Of a stretch of 64,000 nt of DNA, positions 62,746-64,000 are shown one piece after another. The stretch lies in contig OZ316891.1 of assembly GCA_973895155.1 (NCBI GenBank), positions 17,792,095 through 17,856,094 of the forward strand, read 5' to 3'. A program made the translations under genes and the position numbers. Source of the stretch: Marsupella aquatica. Taxonomy: Eukaryota > Plantae > Marchantiophyta. A model generated the notes under the pieces. The model was not told the DNA's origin and searched no databases. It saw only the letters and a list, made by a program, of their open reading frames with translations. Within the stretch, counting starts at the first letter, position 1. Each line of letters begins with the position of its first letter.

Positions 62746-64000
62746 GCCATTGCTAATGTAGTATAACTATGCAATCTCCACCGATTTTCTATTTTGTTTA
62801 TCTGCAGTATTGTCCCTCATGAATTCCATCAGGTTGCGGTTGAACATTCTCATGAACAATATATAAGTGGAAATTTCACCTTCTGTAAAAGCGTCATTCC
62901 AACGCTGTACCTCCAGTTTCTGAATCTTTGTTTACATGTGACAATCATTTTCCCACTCATGAGGATTTTCATCTCACCCACTTTGAGAAACAAAACAACT
63001 GCTCTCTTTCAAGGGGATAAAGTATAATGGGCAGCTGTATTCCACCTGGTCCCAGCTGCTGAATTGTAGGGTCTGTGAGCTTTGTACTTTCACCGGATCA
63101 ATCTGATAATCTTGGTCCGGGATGGACTCGGAAGGGCTGGACCCGAAGTTTCTGTGATGTGATCTAGTGCCTCCCAGACAGCATGCAGTCAATTTCCGAC
63201 TTGGCAAGTTTGAAGTAATGATCTATTTACATGTATAAGTTAATCGCAAGAGGTGAACTTGTCAGCGATCACAACTGAGGAAACCCTTGCAGTCGAATAA
63301 CTTCTGTTTTCGACGACTATTGGAGCTTTTCCGTTTCTCCTGGGTGTGTAATACTTTGCAGGCGTAGAACGTTAGAATGAAAGATGGAACAAATTGTAGT
63401 CCAGATAGAGGCCTGGGAAAGAACGAGATGACGGAACAACTAGCAGCAGTCTTTGACAGAAGTTGCCAATTTTGTAACAGACCTGCAAAGGTCGTCAAGT
63501 CAGCTCAGAGATCACCGCAGAGAATTCACCTCACAGGTAACTGGAAAGTAACTCAATACATTTACCGTGTTTGCGTACCCAAACGCACAATTCGGAAATT
63601 GTTTAGTAGTTTTAGTTTTCATCCGCAGACGATCCATATGGTTATTGCCACTATTGAGGGACTAAAACACGCCGCTAAGAACATTTTGCTGGACGGTTGT
63701 AACGGACATTTCCCCCAAAATTGCAGAAATCAATGATCAGTTCGCCCCTATCAAATTGTGCAATGTGGCAATTAATGCTAACATTCAAAAAAGGGAATTT
63801 CAACAGGATTCATACTTTTGGCAATGACTAATTGATCCTTACTAGTTTGGGTTTTGAAAACCACTACAATGAATATTACAAGAGAAATATTAAAGGCTCG
63901 ATATAAAATGCTAAGAGGAATCTTTCTGTCTTTGTAGCAGCATACAATAGTCAAATTGCACATCAGATTGGATTACCGTACACCGAGGTTCTGGTAGTAA

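Overview
Eukaryotic, intron-rich land-plant DNA, probably a bryophyte such as a liverwort (inferred from gene content, intron density and TE types, not proven). Four complete spliced genes were reconstructed by hand using GT-AG sites and reading-frame phase: (1) a 14-exon MCTP/FTIP/QUIRKY-family multiple-C2 transmembrane protein (+, 2327-7325, ~930 aa); (2) a 4-exon stand-alone myosin-I tail (TH1) domain protein (-, 24514-26043, ~221 aa); (3) a 32-exon RCC1-repeat + HECT E3 ligase of small-HERC architecture (+, 29595-43420, ~1099 aa, 7-nt first coding exon); (4) a 14-exon OM47-like mitochondrial outer-membrane beta-barrel (-, 45571-50209, ~422 aa). Intergenic DNA holds a decayed pogo-like DDE transposon, a non-autonomous Mutator-like element with a perfect 10-bp TSD, a truncated Bianca-type Ty1/copia element, Helitron remnants and many short tandem duplications. 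There are no prokaryotic systems, CRISPR arrays or recognisable rRNA/tRNA genes. The most notable items are the small-HERC-type ligase, the orphan TH1 protein, the intron-rich MCTP and the GTAC/G-quadruplex-dense region upstream of it. I found no clearly novel multi-gene system.
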